Source: an uncultured SAR86 cluster bacterium (GTDB lineage Bacteria > Pseudomonadota > Gammaproteobacteria > Magnimaribacterales > AG-339-G14). From it: a DNA stretch of 64,000 nt. Below, piece after piece: positions 25,993 through 37,315 of this stretch. Position numbers and translations under genes: made by a program. Position 1 is the first letter of the stretch. Each line of letters begins with the position of its first letter. The notes under the pieces are model-generated. The model worked only from the letters and a program-made list of their open reading frames with translations, was not told where the DNA came from and made no database searches. The stretch spans positions 561,335 to 625,334 of the forward strand of contig CACJNS010000001.1 in NCBI GenBank assembly GCA_902594855.1. Direction: 5' to 3'.

Positions 25993-27975
25993 ATGGAATC
26001 TAATCTAATTTTACCGCCACTTTTTGGTATTTTTGGTTTGGCTGTTGCCTTTATTTTGTACTTATTGGTTATGAGATATGACGGAGGTACAGACAAGGTT
26101 AAAAAAATTGGTGATCAAATTCACTTGGGTGCTATGGTTTTTATGAGACGTGAATACACTTACCTTGCAATGTTTGTAGCTGTTTTAATTGTTCTCTCTT
26201 ACTTATTTTTAGGTCTAAATACCGCATTAGCTGTTACAGCCGGGGCATTATCATCATCTCTTGCTGGATGGCTTGGAATGTTCTCTGCAACTAAAGCAAA
26301 TGTTAGAACTGCAACTGCTGCATCTGAGTCTGGAGCGCAAGCTGCCCTTTCTGTGGCTTTTTATGGTGGATCAATTATGGGACTATGCGTTGCTTCTCTT
26401 GGATTGGTAGGTCTAGGAGGCCTTTACTTCTATTTTGGAGGCGATCCTGATACTGCTAGAGCAATAGAAGGTTTTGGAATGGGAGCGTCATGTGTTGCTT
26501 TATTCTCTCGTGTAGGAGGCGGAATTTATACAAAAAGTGCTGATGTTGGTGCTGATTTAGTTGGAAAAGTTGAAGCAGGAATACCAGAAGACGATCCAAG
26601 AAATCCTGGAGTTATTGCCGATAACGTCGGAGATAATGTTGGAGATGTTGCTGGTATGGGTTCTGATATTTTTGAATCATATTGCGGAGCCATGATTGCA
26701 TCAATCGCAATTGCTGCCACAATCGATAACACCGGAATGATGGCGCTACCTTTAGCTTTAGCTTCCCTTGGACTATTGGCATCTATACTCGGAATTATAA
26801 TTGTTAGAGTATTTTCCAAAGCAGACCCTGGAACAGCATTGAGAACGGGGACTATAGGATCAGCAATTCTTTTTATAATTGCAGCTTACTTTTTAATCCA
26901 AATGATTTTGACTGAAAACGCCTTAAACACTTGGTTGGCAGTATTAGCTGGCGCAGTAGGCGGAGTCATTATTGGATTGATTACAGAATATTACACAGGA
27001 TCAAAACCAGTTGAGAAAATTGCTAAATCTGGAGAAACAGGTCCTGCTACAGTCATGATTACAGGACTTTCAGTAGGCATGCAATCTGTAGTTCTTCCTA
27101 TTCTTGTTTTGGCTACAATAATTTTGGTTTCTACCTCACTTGTTGGTTTGTACGGTGTAGGCATAGCCGCGGTTGGAATGCTTGCTACGGTTGGAATAAC
27201 AATGGCTATTGATGCCTACGGACCCGTTGCCGATAATGCCGGCGGTATTGCAGAAATGTCTGGTATGGGAAGTGAAACCAGAGAAATAACTGATTCTCTA
27301 GACGAATTAGGTAATTCCACAGCTGCCATTGGTAAAGGTTTTGCAATAGGAGCAGCTGCGTTAGCAGCACTGGCAATTATTGCTGCTTTTGTTGAGACAG
27401 TTGCTCACAACAGAGGTAGCTTTGAATTACTTCTTTCAGATCCCAGAGTTCTTGTAGGTATGTTTATAGGAATTTCCATTCCTTTTCTCATCTCCTCTAT
27501 CACTATGACAGCTGTTGGGGATGCCGCTTTCGATATGATCAATGAGATAAGAAGGCAATTCAGAGAAATTCCTGGCTTATTGGAAGGAAATGCAGAACCA
27601 GATACTGCTAAGTGTGTTGATATCGCGACTTCTGCTGCATTAAAAAGAATGCTTCTGCCAGGAGTAATTGCTGTAAGTGCTCCAGCTGTTGTTGGTTTTG
27701 GTCTTGGTCCAGAATCTCTTGGAGGAATGTTAGGAGGAGGTTTGATAGGTTGTGTATCCATGGCCTTGATGATGGCTAATGCTGGTGGAGCTTGGGATAA
27801 CGCAAAAAAATTCATTGAAAAAGGTAACCTAGGAGGAAAAGGAACGGATACTCACTCTGCAGCTGTAGTTGGTGACACTGTTGGAGATCCATTCAAAGAT
27901 ACTTCAGGACCTTCGATGAATATCTTAATCAATGTTATGGCAATTGTTAGCTTGGTGATTTCACCTTTGTTGTAG
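25993..27975 (+). CDS. hppA: Membrane-bound ion-translocating pyrophosphatase (K+-dependent signature)
   Basis: [30 protein letters not shown] (Ala at the K+-dependence position) and [14 protein letters not shown]. Confidence 0.9.
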   Translation: MESNLILPPLFGIFGLAVAFILYLLVMRYDGGTDKVKKIGDQIHLGAMVFMRREYTYLAMFVAVLIVLSYLFLGLNTALAVTAGALSSSLAGWLGMFSATKANVRTATAASESGAQAALSVAFYGGSIMGLCVASLGLVGLGGLYFYFGGDPDTARAIEGFGMGASCVALFSRVGGGIYTKSADVGADLVGKVEAGIPEDDPRNPGVIADNVGDNVGDVAGMGSDIFESYCGAMIASIAIAATIDNTGMMALPLALASLGLLASILGIIIVRVFSKADPGTALRTGTIGSAILFIIAAYFLIQMILTENALNTWLAVLAGAVGGVIIGLITEYYTGSKPVEKIAKSGETGPATVMITGLSVGMQSVVLPILVLATIILVSTSLVGLYGVGIAAVGMLATVGITMAIDAYGPVADNAGGIAEMSGMGSETREITDSLDELGNSTAAIGKGFAIGAAALAALAIIAAFVETVAHNRGSFELLLSDPRVLVGMFIGISIPFLISSITMTAVGDAAFDMINEIRRQFREIPGLLEGNAEPDTAKCVDIATSAALKRMLLPGVIAVSAPAVVGFGLGPESLGGMLGGGLIGCVSMALMMANAGGAWDNAKKFIEKGNLGGKGTDTHSAAVVGDTVGDPFKDTSGPSMNILINVMAIVSLVISPLL

Positions 27976-27978
27976 TTA

Positions 27979-30066
27979 CTACTGAGCCTTTATATACACT
28001 TGATCCTGACCGATCCATCGATCAATAAGCTTCTCTAGTTTGGTAGATTCCAAATTAGAGATCCTTTCAGTGAGAGACTGACTTAATTTGAGAAGTTGAG
28101 CATCTCTGGATATATCTGAGATTTTAAAATCAATTCCTCCTGATTGTTTCAAGCCTAATAATTCTCCCGCTCCTCTCAATTCCAAATCTATTTCAGATAT
28201 ATCAAATCCGTTAGAGTATTTTTTCATTGCTTCGAGTCGCTTTTGAGCATTTTCACTTACCGGATCTTGGTAAAGTAAAGCACAATAAGAATCCATATCT
28301 GGACCTCTGCCAACTCTCCCTCTCAATTGATGAAGTTGAGATAAACCTAATCTTTCTGCATTTTCTATTATCATCAGACTTGCGTTAGGAACATCCATAC
28401 CTACCTCAATTACGGTTGTACACACCAATATATCAATTAATCCATTTCTGAAGTCTATGATGTTTTTCTCTTTTTCTTCGTTGCTGAGTTTGCTGTGGAC
28501 TAGTTCTGATCTCAGCTCAGGAGCATTTTCTCTAATCCATTCGAGGCTAGTTTCTGCTGATTGCACATCAAATGAATCATTGTCTTCAATCATAGTACAA
28601 AGCCAATATACTTGATTGCCATCTTTGCACACTTTTTGAAGTCTATTTACTATCTCCAGCCTCTTGTCATTTGATAAAACTACTGTTTTAACTGGATTTC
28701 TCCCTGGAGGTAGTTCGTCAATGATAGATAAATCTAGGTCAGAGAAGATGGTCATAGCTAATGTTCTGGGAATCGGCGTCGCTGTCATAAATAACTGATG
28801 AGGCATCTCTTCAGATTGTGATTTTGATGCCAGATTAAATCTTTGTTTAACACCAAATCTTTGTTGTTCATCAACCACAATGAGAGCCAGACTCTTGAAT
28901 TCAATATTTTTTTGAAAGACTGTATGAGTCCCAATAAGAATATCAATCTCACCATTTATAAGTTTTTTTTCAATCTTTTCTTTATCGCTTTTTTTTGTTT
29001 TTCCTAAGAGAAGCTCGATAGAAATATTTTTGTCTTTGAACCAATTAACAAAGTTTTCAAAATGCTGTTTAGCAAGAACTTCGGTGGGGCACATTAAAAC
29101 AGACTGTTTTTTATTTTGAGAGCATATGTTCATTGCCGCAGCGGCCACTATGGTTTTTCCTGAGCCAACATCTCCTTGAATGAGTCTTCTCATCGGCTTT
29201 TTCTCTTGAAAATTCATCATGATTTCTTGCACAACCTTTTGTTGAGCTTTTGTTGGATAGAAAGGGATATTTAAATCAAAAGTCTCCAGATTTAATTTTT
29301 GACTTGAAAGATCAAAAGATTTCATTTTATTTATCCTTTCTGATGAAATATTGATAGCAATTTGATTAGCGGCAAATTCTTCTACTATCAATCTTTTTTG
29401 CGCAGGATGCTTAAAAGTTCTGAGTTGATTAAGATCATCATTAATTGAAGGCATGTGTATCTTCGAAATAGCTTCTCTACCTTTAGGAAAATCAATCTTT
29501 TTGCTTTCAAAGAAATCATCTGCATCTTTCATACAGATATCATCTAAATTTAGTCCACTTAATGCTTGTCTTATTATTGTTTTTAGTCTGAATTGGGTCA
29601 GGCCAGAGATAGTTGGATACACTGGAGTATAGGTATTATCTAAATGGGGCCTATCAGATAGTAAAAATACCTTATAGCTAGGATGAAACATCTCTATTTT
29701 AGATCCGCTGATTTTCACATTTCCGTAAGCTCGAACTATTTTGCCTTTTTCAAAAGCTTTTGCCTGAGTTTGTGAAAAATAAAACATTCTTATGTTAAGA
29801 AAACCGGTTCCATCAGTTATCTTTGCTAAAAAAGATCTTCTTCCTGGAAAAAAAATTTTACTTTCTACAATCTCGCCCTCGACATGAGCAGTTTGATTTT
29901 GGTCTAAATCTTTTATTTCATTTAATTGTGTTTTATTTTCATACCTTATCGGCAAATGAAAAATCAGATCCTCTATCGTAAATATATTCAGGGCGTTTAA
30001 TTGCGTTTCAATTTTTGGACCAACGCCTTTAATCTTTCTTAGGGCATCCGTTAGCGATAAAGACAC
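27979..30066 (-). CDS. recG: ATP-dependent DNA helicase RecG
   Basis: Walker A GDVGSGKT and DEQQRFG. 695 aa, in spoT-recG synteny. Confidence 0.9.
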   Translation of the reverse strand: MSLSLTDALRKIKGVGPKIETQLNALNIFTIEDLIFHLPIRYENKTQLNEIKDLDQNQTAHVEGEIVESKIFFPGRRSFLAKITDGTGFLNIRMFYFSQTQAKAFEKGKIVRAYGNVKISGSKIEMFHPSYKVFLLSDRPHLDNTYTPVYPTISGLTQFRLKTIIRQALSGLNLDDICMKDADDFFESKKIDFPKGREAISKIHMPSINDDLNQLRTFKHPAQKRLIVEEFAANQIAINISSERINKMKSFDLSSQKLNLETFDLNIPFYPTKAQQKVVQEIMMNFQEKKPMRRLIQGDVGSGKTIVAAAAMNICSQNKKQSVLMCPTEVLAKQHFENFVNWFKDKNISIELLLGKTKKSDKEKIEKKLINGEIDILIGTHTVFQKNIEFKSLALIVVDEQQRFGVKQRFNLASKSQSEEMPHQLFMTATPIPRTLAMTIFSDLDLSIIDELPPGRNPVKTVVLSNDKRLEIVNRLQKVCKDGNQVYWLCTMIEDNDSFDVQSAETSLEWIRENAPELRSELVHSKLSNEEKEKNIIDFRNGLIDILVCTTVIEVGMDVPNASLMIIENAERLGLSQLHQLRGRVGRGPDMDSYCALLYQDPVSENAQKRLEAMKKYSNGFDISEIDLELRGAGELLGLKQSGGIDFKISDISRDAQLLKLSQSLTERISNLESTKLEKLIDRWIGQDQVYIKAQ

Positions 30067-30443
30067 TATTCTTTATAAGCTATAGATTCAATTTCAATTG
30101 AGGAGTTTTTTGGCAAAGCAGAAACTTCATATGCGGCTCTTGCAGGGTAGGGATTTTCCAGAACCTTTTCCATAATTTCATTTACTTTTTGAAAATTCGA
30201 TAAATCTGTAAGCAAAACATTGAATTTAATAACATCATTAATGGAACAACCAGCTTCTTCACAGATTGCTGAAATATTTCTGAAAACTTGAATTGTTTCT
30301 TGCTCAAATCCCTCAACCAGTTCCATCGTGACTGGATCTAAACCTATTTGTCCAGATATAAAAAGAAACTTATCTGCTAATACTGCCTGAGAATAGGTTC
30401 CTATTGCTTTAGGGGCATCATCGGTATGTATTACTTTTTTCAT
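30066..30443 (-). CDS. ridA: RidA/YjgF-family reactive intermediate deaminase
   Basis: 125 aa. APKAIGTYSQA...PARAAYEVSALP. Confidence 0.85.
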   Translation of the reverse strand: MKKVIHTDDAPKAIGTYSQAVLADKFLFISGQIGLDPVTMELVEGFEQETIQVFRNISAICEEAGCSINDVIKFNVLLTDLSNFQKVNEIMEKVLENPYPARAAYEVSALPKNSSIEIESIAYKE

Positions 30444-30447
30444 CCTC

Positions 30448-32598
30448 TTATCTTATTCTCAACTTTCTATCTTCTGATGAATGGACTCTGTTAACTGATA
30501 TTACATTTTTTGTTTTCTTTAAAGCTTTCATAATGTTTGCTAAATCATCCCTTCCAGATACTTCGATAATTAAGAAAAGTTGAACTTGATTACCAACCGG
30601 GGCTTCACCTCTTATTCCTTCAATGTTTTTATTCATTTCAGAAATAGCAGAAGAAATTTCTGCCAAGATACCTGGCCTATCTTGAGTTGTTACCACAAGT
30701 TCTGCAGAGAAGTTTCCATCAATATTATCTTCCCACTGTACAGGTGCGCACAGAGCAGGATCATCTTTAATAGGCAAAATGTTTTTACATCTTTCTTGAT
30801 GAATAACCATTCCTCTTCCCGCAGTGAAATGAGCTACAACTGGATCTCCCGGTATTGGTTTACAACAAGGTCCATAGTTAACTAGCAGTCCTTCTGAGCC
30901 AGAAATTTGTAAATTACTTGACTCTATTAAACTAGGCGAATCAAAATCAATTGCCTGCATAATTTGATTAGCTACAAAATTACTTGGTCTTATCCCTAAA
31001 CCTATTTGCTGTAAAAGGTCATTTAAGGAATTAACTTTCAAAGAATCTAGAAGTTTAGACATCCTTGATTTAGGAATACTCCTCAATTTTAAGTTATGTT
31101 GCGCAAGGGAATTCTCTAAAAGTTTCTTGCCAAATTTTCTTGCCTCTGAAGATCTTAAATTTTTTAATTGATGCCTGATGGCACTTCTTGCCCTTGAAGT
31201 AACTACCATTTCAAGCCACGATGGCTGTGCTTGAGGAATATCATCAGTGATAATCTCAACGGTTTGTCCACTCTCAAGGGGAACACTTAAAGGAGCAAGA
31301 TTTTTATTAATTCTGCATCCTCTGCAATGAAGACCAATGTCAGAATGAACCATGAAAGCAAAATCAATAGGAGTCGATCCTTTTGGTAATTCGATAATTC
31401 TTCCCTTAGGAGTGAAGACATAAATTTCGTTTGGAACTAATCCAGTTTTTATAATTTCAACAAAGTCTCTGGAGTTCTCTGTATTTTTCTGGATTTCTAC
31501 TAAATTGTTTACCCATCTTCTTGCTCTTGCTTGAACGGGGCTATCTTTTTCTTCTCCAGACTTATATAACCAATGTGCAGCAATTCCAAATTCTGCTAAC
31601 TCATCCATTTCATTAGTTCGTATCTGTATTTCAACAGGTAAGCCATCAAAAGTTATGACTCCCGTATGCAAGGACTGATATGAATTTGATTTAGGAATAG
31701 CAATATAGTCTTTAAATCTTCCCTCAATCGGACTAAAAGCATTATGCAAAACTCCAAGTGCTTTATAACAATCCATTGCAGATTCAACTGTTATTTTAAA
31801 GGCATATACATCCAAAACCTCAGAAAGAGGTTTTCCTTGTTTCCGCATTTTTTTGAATATTCCATAAAGATGTTTCTGTCTTCCTACAACATCTCCAATC
31901 AAATCATTCTCTTTTAATTTTTCCTTAATAGATTTTTCAATTTTAGATAAGATTTTTTTCCTTCCTTTAGTCGCTGTTTCTATAGCTTTTCTGAGAATGG
32001 TAGCCCTATGAGGATTAAGAACTTCAAATGCTCTATCTTCCAATTCTCTATATATTTGATGCATACCGATTCTATGAGCAATGGGCGCATAAATTTCAAT
32101 TGTTTCTTTAGAAATCCTTTTTTGTTTAGCTGCGGCAAGATGATTCAACGTTCGCATGTTATGAAGTCTATCTGCCAGTTTGACAACAATTACTCTGATA
32201 TCTTGCGACATTGCTAGAACCATTTTCTGAAAATACTCAGCTTGTTCATCTTCCTTGCCGCTAATTTTTATTTTGTCGAGTTTGCTTACTCCATCAACAA
32301 GATTAGCTACGTCTTTATTAAATTCTTTTGATAAAAAAGACTTCGGTATACCCGAATCTTCGATAACATCGTGAAGCATTGCAGCAGAGAGACTATCTCC
32401 ATCCATTTTGAATTTTGCCAATATCTCTGCAACAGCTACAGGATGAGTTACATAAGGATCCCCGCTTACACGATATTGACCAGAATGAGCATTGGCTGCA
32501 AAAAAGAAGGCTTTCTTAACTTGCTCCAATTGATCAGAGTCCATGTAAGTCTTCAGACTTTTAGTTAAATCTTTTATAGAAGATACTTCAGCAACCAT
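30448..32598 (-). CDS. spoT: Bifunctional (p)ppGpp synthetase/hydrolase
   Basis: HD hydrolase motif LHDVIEDS, RelA/SpoT synthetase core, TGS and ACT regions. Downstream of rpoZ. Confidence 0.9.
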   Translation of the reverse strand: MVAEVSSIKDLTKSLKTYMDSDQLEQVKKAFFFAANAHSGQYRVSGDPYVTHPVAVAEILAKFKMDGDSLSAAMLHDVIEDSGIPKSFLSKEFNKDVANLVDGVSKLDKIKISGKEDEQAEYFQKMVLAMSQDIRVIVVKLADRLHNMRTLNHLAAAKQKRISKETIEIYAPIAHRIGMHQIYRELEDRAFEVLNPHRATILRKAIETATKGRKKILSKIEKSIKEKLKENDLIGDVVGRQKHLYGIFKKMRKQGKPLSEVLDVYAFKITVESAMDCYKALGVLHNAFSPIEGRFKDYIAIPKSNSYQSLHTGVITFDGLPVEIQIRTNEMDELAEFGIAAHWLYKSGEEKDSPVQARARRWVNNLVEIQKNTENSRDFVEIIKTGLVPNEIYVFTPKGRIIELPKGSTPIDFAFMVHSDIGLHCRGCRINKNLAPLSVPLESGQTVEIITDDIPQAQPSWLEMVVTSRARSAIRHQLKNLRSSEARKFGKKLLENSLAQHNLKLRSIPKSRMSKLLDSLKVNSLNDLLQQIGLGIRPSNFVANQIMQAIDFDSPSLIESSNLQISGSEGLLVNYGPCCKPIPGDPVVAHFTAGRGMVIHQERCKNILPIKDDPALCAPVQWEDNIDGNFSAELVVTTQDRPGILAEISSAISEMNKNIEGIRGEAPVGNQVQLFLIIEVSGRDDLANIMKALKKTKNVISVNRVHSSEDRKLRIR

Positions 32599-32636
32599 AG
32601 CACTGAAATTCTAACAAAATTGGAGAAAAATGGAGA

Positions 32637-32897
32637 TTAAGTCTCGGAATCAGATGTGAGTTGTTCAGAGAGCTCTTCTTCAAAAATATCAAAATTAAAC
32701 TCTTGAATGTTGTCTTGAGTAACTGTTCCAGCAGCGATTTCTCTGAGAGCGACAACAGTTGCTTTATCATCGCCGCTATCGATAGTTGGCTCTCTGCCAT
32801 CAAGAGCTATTTGTCTGGCTCTTTTAGCAGCAAGCTTAACCATTTCAAAACGATTTGGAATTCTCTTTAAGCAATCTTCTACAGTAATTCTAGCCAT
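32637..32897 (-). CDS. rpoZ: RNA polymerase omega subunit
   Basis: [25 protein letters not shown]. Confidence 0.9.
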   Translation of the reverse strand: MARITVEDCLKRIPNRFEMVKLAAKRARQIALDGREPTIDSGDDKATVVALREIAAGTVTQDNIQEFNFDIFEEELSEQLTSDSET

Positions 32898-32939
32898 ACT
32901 AACCTCTGAATGAAGGGGATTCTACTTAATTTATAGTTC

Positions 32940-33569
32940 TTATTCCAGCAATTTCTTTACATGAAAAGATGTCATTCTCTTCACAAAATCCTTTGGATCA
33001 CATCGGTCAAGAATTATAGATTTAAGATCTTGAAGAGCCATCTCAAAGTTGTCATTAAGAATAAGAAAATCGTAAATTTTGGAGTTAGTTATCTCATTTT
33101 TTGCTTCTTTAATTCTTTTTTCAATAATTTCACTCTCATCAAGATTTCTATCGATGAGTCTCTTTTTTAAATCATCTATAGATGGCGGTAATAAAAAGAT
33201 TAAATAACAGGGTATTTTGCTTTTAACCTGCTTCGCACCTTGCCAATCCAATTCAAGAATAACCGTCTTGCCTTGACTGACTAGTGAGTTAACTGTTTCC
33301 TGAGAAGTTCCATAATAATTATCAAATACCGTTGCATACTCTAAAAAATCATTTTTTTTTATTTTATCTTCAAAACTTTTTTTATCAGTAAAGAAGTAGT
33401 CAACTCCATCTTTTTCGTTCAACCTCTTTTCTCTTGTTGTGTCGGAAATGCTTAAAACTGTACCTTCTGATCTTGGATCTTCAAGGAGCTTTTTTATAAG
33501 ACTTGTTTTTCCTCCCCCAGAGGGGCTTGAAATAACAAAGATGTTTATATTTTGTTTATCCATTATCAT
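32940..33569 (-). CDS. gmk: Guanylate kinase
   Basis: P-loop [11 protein letters not shown] and TTREKR. Confidence 0.9.
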   Translation of the reverse strand: MIMDKQNINIFVISSPSGGGKTSLIKKLLEDPRSEGTVLSISDTTREKRLNEKDGVDYFFTDKKSFEDKIKKNDFLEYATVFDNYYGTSQETVNSLVSQGKTVILELDWQGAKQVKSKIPCYLIFLLPPSIDDLKKRLIDRNLDESEIIEKRIKEAKNEITNSKIYDFLILNDNFEMALQDLKSIILDRCDPKDFVKRMTSFHVKKLLE

Positions 33570-33577
33570 ATTAAATT

Positions 33578-34135
33578 ATGCACCCATTTATAAAAAAGGC
33601 TATCGAATTAGAAGCTCTTAAATTCGGTGATTTCACTTTAAAGTCGGGACTTAAAAGCAAATATTTTTTTAATATTGCGAGTTTTTTTAATGGTCAAGAC
33701 ATGCACTTTTTGGCTAGCCAATATTTTAAAGTTATCCAAAAAGCGAATTTAGAATTTGATGCTATGTATGGACCGGCATACAAAGGCATACCTTTGGCAA
33801 CTGCGATAAGTCAGCTTTTCTATGTTGAGGAGCAGAAAAAAATTGAACTTATATTTGATCGGAAAGAAATTAAAGATCATGGTGAGGGTGGCAAGCTGAT
33901 AGGAGATATTTCTGGAAAGAAAATATTAATAATAGATGATGTTTTGACTGCCGGCACGGCAATTAAAGAGACTGTTGAAATAATTCAACAAAACAACGCC
34001 AAAACCGTTGCAGCAATAGTGGCGCTCGATAGAATGGAGAAGGATGCAAATTCTCTTACATTTAAAGAAAACCTTGAAAAAAGCTTATCAATTCCAATAT
34101 TAAGTATTGCAACTTTTGAAGATTTAAAAGAATAA
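33578..34135 (+). CDS. pyrE: Orotate phosphoribosyltransferase
   Basis: ALKFGDFTLKSG and PRPP loop LIIDDVLTAGTA. Confidence 0.85.
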   Translation: MHPFIKKAIELEALKFGDFTLKSGLKSKYFFNIASFFNGQDMHFLASQYFKVIQKANLEFDAMYGPAYKGIPLATAISQLFYVEEQKKIELIFDRKEIKDHGEGGKLIGDISGKKILIIDDVLTAGTAIKETVEIIQQNNAKTVAAIVALDRMEKDANSLTFKENLEKSLSIPILSIATFEDLKE

Positions 34136-34137
34136 AG

Positions 34138-34725
34138 ATGTTTTCAGGAATAGTACAAACAAAAAGTGAAGGGCACGAATCCAGCAAAACGGACTCTGGC
34201 ATAAAGTTAAAAATTACCTCTAATGAATCTTTCTATCTAAACATTAAAAAAGGAGACAGTGTTTCGGTAGACGGTGTATGTTTGACTGTTACAGATTTTG
34301 GAAAAAATTATGCATTCTTTGATGTCATTCCTGAAACTCTAAGATGCACTAACCTGAATGAAATTAATAAAAAAAGGATTTTCAATCTTGAACGTTCCTT
34401 AAAGTTCGGTGATGAAGTTGGGGGGCATCTAGTTTCTGGACATGTGCACGAAACCGGCACAGTAGAGGAGGTTACTATAGGAGATGAATACATACTTAAG
34501 ATATCTTTTTCAAACAACTTAAGTAAATACTTATTTAAAAAAGGATACGTTGCTATCAATGGTGCCAGCCTGACTATTAAAGACAAAGAAGAGAACCATT
34601 TAACGGTTGCTTTGATACCTGAAACTTTACAGGCAACAAATCTAAATAATCTGATCAAAGGCGATAAAGTTAATTTAGAAGCCGATCAACAAATTGTTGC
34701 AACTGTTGATTCCGCGAGTAACTAA
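34138..34725 (+). CDS. ribE: Riboflavin synthase (alpha chain)
   Basis: MFSGIVQ and the duplicated barrel motifs GDSVSVDGVCLTV / GYVAINGASLTI. Confidence 0.9.
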   Translation: MFSGIVQTKSEGHESSKTDSGIKLKITSNESFYLNIKKGDSVSVDGVCLTVTDFGKNYAFFDVIPETLRCTNLNEINKKRIFNLERSLKFGDEVGGHLVSGHVHETGTVEEVTIGDEYILKISFSNNLSKYLFKKGYVAINGASLTIKDKEENHLTVALIPETLQATNLNNLIKGDKVNLEADQQIVATVDSASN

Positions 34726-34728
34726 AAA

Positions 34729-35178
34729 TTAGGAAAGTAATCCTTTAACAATTTTGCTGATTGTAGCAGGATCGGCTTGACCGGAAGTTTTATCCTTAAG
34801 GGCCTTCATAACATTACCCATGTCCTTCATGGAATTAGCAGATAAATCACTAATAGTCTCTTTAGCTAATTTCATAAGGTCTTCTTCGTTAATCTGCTCA
34901 GGAAGAAAATCTTGAATAATCTCTATTTCTTTTTGTTCTTTTTCGGCAAGTTCATTTCGTCCAGCATCATTATATTGTTTGATTGAATCATTACGTTGCT
35001 TAATCATCTTTTGCAGAAGACTAAGCTCATCATTATTGTTTAAATCTGAACCTTGAGATATTTCTTCTTTTTGAAACTCAGCCAAGATTAGTCTGAGGAC
35101 CATAGTTATCTCTTTATTGCCCTCTTTAAGAGACTTAACGCTAGCCTCCTTTATTAAAGGTTTAAGTAAATCTGACAT
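34729..35178 (-). CDS. GatB/YqeY domain protein
   Basis: 149 aa of helical YqeY-type sequence, immediately downstream of rpsU. Confidence 0.7.
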   Translation of the reverse strand: MSDLLKPLIKEASVKSLKEGNKEITMVLRLILAEFQKEEISQGSDLNNNDELSLLQKMIKQRNDSIKQYNDAGRNELAEKEQKEIEIIQDFLPEQINEEDLMKLAKETISDLSANSMKDMGNVMKALKDKTSGQADPATISKIVKGLLS

Positions 35179-35182
35179 GGAA

Positions 35183-35401
35183 TTAAACGCCGACTCTATT
35201 TCTAGGTAACATACCGGCTCTGCTTCTTTTAGCCTGACGTTTCACAGCAGCAGCAGCTTTTCTTTTTCTTACAGAAGTTGGTTTTTCATAGAATTCTCTT
35301 TTTCTGACTTCAGAAATGACACCCGCACGATCGCAGGATCTTTTGAATCTTCTTAAACCTGAATCAAATGATTCATTTTCTTTTAGCTTAATTATCGGCA
35401 T
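35183..35401 (-). CDS. rpsU: 30S ribosomal protein S21
   Basis: [28 protein letters not shown]... Confidence 0.95.
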   Translation of the reverse strand: MPIIKLKENESFDSGLRRFKRSCDRAGVISEVRKREFYEKPTSVRKRKAAAAVKRQAKRSRAGMLPRNRVGV

Positions 35402-35479
35402 ATATATCCTTAGGTGGGCAATTCTATAGATAAAATGCTTATTTGCAAAATTAAATATATTTCCTGATAAGCTTTACCT

Positions 35480-36496
35480 ATGGCAATTTTAGGAATTGAA
35501 ACCTCATGCGATGAAACGGCTATAGCGGTCATTGATAGCACAAATAAGAAAGTTCTTTGCGAGGCATTATTTAGTCAAATAGATCTGCATAATCTATACG
35601 GTGGAGTTGTCCCTGAATTAGCTGCTAGGGACCACATTTCAAGGTTAGTTCCACTGATTAAGAATGAGTTTGAAAAAAACGACTTATCTTTTGAGATTCT
35701 TGATGCGATTGCTGTATCTAAAGGACCTGGGTTAAGAGGGCCGCTGTTAGTTGGAAATACCATTGCAAATTCCATTGCTTATGCACTGAAAATTCCAGTG
35801 ATAAACGTCCATCACATGGAAGCGCATCTTTTGATGCCTTTGTTTGATGCCAACCCACCAAGCCTGCCATTTGTTTCTCTTCTAGTTTCAGGAGGACATA
35901 CATTAATTGTTAAAGTGGATGAAGGAGGGAGATATACAATTATGGGAGAGACCAAAGATGATGCCTTGGGAGAAGCCTTTGATAAAACAGCTAAATTACT
36001 TAATTTGGGCTACCCTGGTGGACCTGAAATTGAAAAGCTAGCGAAGCTTTCTCAAATTGATAGATTTAGGTTTCCTCGACCTATGATTAACTCTGAATGT
36101 TTAAATTTAAGCTTCAGCGGATTAAAAACAGCAGTTTTATACGCCGTCCAAAAATTAGATGCTCTTTCGGATGAAGATAAAATTGATATATCAAACAGTT
36201 TTCAAAATGCAGCGGTAGACTGCATCGTAAGCAAAGTATTAAAAGCCTCTATCCAAGAAAATATTTCTGATTTAGTAGTTTCTGGAGGTGTGGCAGCTAA
36301 TGAATTTTTAAGGTGTTCGTTAGCAGATGCAATGCCATCAAATGTGAAGTTACATTTTCCTGACCTGAAGCACTGCACCGATAACGGTTTAATGGTCGCT
36401 CATGCCGGACTAATGAAGATAGAAAATTCTGAAAAAAACTATAACATTGAAGCAAGAGCAAGATGGTCTTTAGAAGAGAATAAAGATGCAAGATAA
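35480..36496 (+). CDS. tsaD: tRNA N6-threonylcarbamoyladenosine synthase TsaD
   Basis: ILGIETSCDETA and HHMEAHL. Divergent from rpsU as in E. coli. Confidence 0.9.
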   Translation: MAILGIETSCDETAIAVIDSTNKKVLCEALFSQIDLHNLYGGVVPELAARDHISRLVPLIKNEFEKNDLSFEILDAIAVSKGPGLRGPLLVGNTIANSIAYALKIPVINVHHMEAHLLMPLFDANPPSLPFVSLLVSGGHTLIVKVDEGGRYTIMGETKDDALGEAFDKTAKLLNLGYPGGPEIEKLAKLSQIDRFRFPRPMINSECLNLSFSGLKTAVLYAVQKLDALSDEDKIDISNSFQNAAVDCIVSKVLKASIQENISDLVVSGGVAANEFLRCSLADAMPSNVKLHFPDLKHCTDNGLMVAHAGLMKIENSEKNYNIEARARWSLEENKDAR

Positions 36497-36839
36497 AGTA
36501 TTCATTGAAGACCTGGAAGTTGAAACAATCATTGGAATTTTTGGCTGGGAAAGAAAGGTCAAACAGATAGTTAAAATATCTCTGGAAATGGATTTTAATA
36601 TCAGCGATGCTGCGAAAACAGATCATATTGATCAAGCTCTCGACTATAAGTCCATAGGAAAAGACATCTCGAGCTTTGTTGGAAAATCAAGCTTTCAGCT
36701 GGTAGAAACAATGGCTGATAAAATTGCAAAAAGGGTTCTTAAAAACAAATCTATTGAAAAGGTTGAGGTTAAAGTGGAAAAACCCGGCGCGTTGCGAGGA
36801 TCAAAGTCAGTCGGCATAAAAATAGTTAGAAAAAATTAA
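36486..36839 (+). CDS. folB: Dihydroneopterin aldolase
   Basis: VFIEDLEVETIIGIFGWER...VEKPGAL. Confidence 0.85.
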   Translation: MQDKVFIEDLEVETIIGIFGWERKVKQIVKISLEMDFNISDAAKTDHIDQALDYKSIGKDISSFVGKSSFQLVETMADKIAKRVLKNKSIEKVEVKVEKPGALRGSKSVGIKIVRKN

Positions 36840-37315
36840 TGTCTCTTGTGTTCTTCAGTCTTGGCAGCAATATCGAGCCATTAAAAAATTTATCTGATGC
36901 AAGAATTGAACTAAGTAAATATTTTTCCTTAAGAAAATTCTCTAGTACTTATCAGTCTCCATCAGCAGGATTTGATGGAGCGGATTTTTTAAACGAAGTT
37001 CTTTGTTTTGAGACTGATTTAGAGGTAAGCGAAGTTCTAAAAATAACCAAAAATATAGAAAATAACATGGGTAGAGAAAAAACATCAAAGAAATACTCTG
37101 ATCGAAATATAGATATTGATTTGATCCTCTATGATTCTTTTGTGGGGGAGGTTGAATCTACAAAATTACCTCACTCAGATATTGAGAATTACAACTTCGT
37201 TCTTATTCCGTTAAAAGAAATTGCCGGTGAAATGATTCATCCCTCTTTAGGAATTTCTATGAAGGATTTAGCTGAACAAAAAAAATTTACCAATAAATTA
37301 TTGAAGCTTGATTAA
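36839..37315 (+). CDS. folK: 2-amino-4-hydroxy-6-hydroxymethyldihydropteridine pyrophosphokinase
   Basis: SLGSN start and RNIDIDLILYD. Follows folB with a 1-nt overlap. Confidence 0.85.
   Translation: MSLVFFSLGSNIEPLKNLSDARIELSKYFSLRKFSSTYQSPSAGFDGADFLNEVLCFETDLEVSEVLKITKNIENNMGREKTSKKYSDRNIDIDLILYDSFVGEVESTKLPHSDIENYNFVLIPLKEIAGEMIHPSLGISMKDLAEQKKFTNKLLKLD

Noticed and set aside
26526-27815. Track ORFs antisense within hppA (26526-26819, 27405-27815), and similar ORFs inside the GH3 gene (10664-12846), surA (45671-46081), spoT, the MFS gene and others.
   Set aside because: They lie entirely inside, and antisense to or out of frame with, genes that carry strong family motifs. Their translations are low-complexity (Ser/Pro/Ile-rich) with no recognisable motifs. 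They are typical shadow ORFs.
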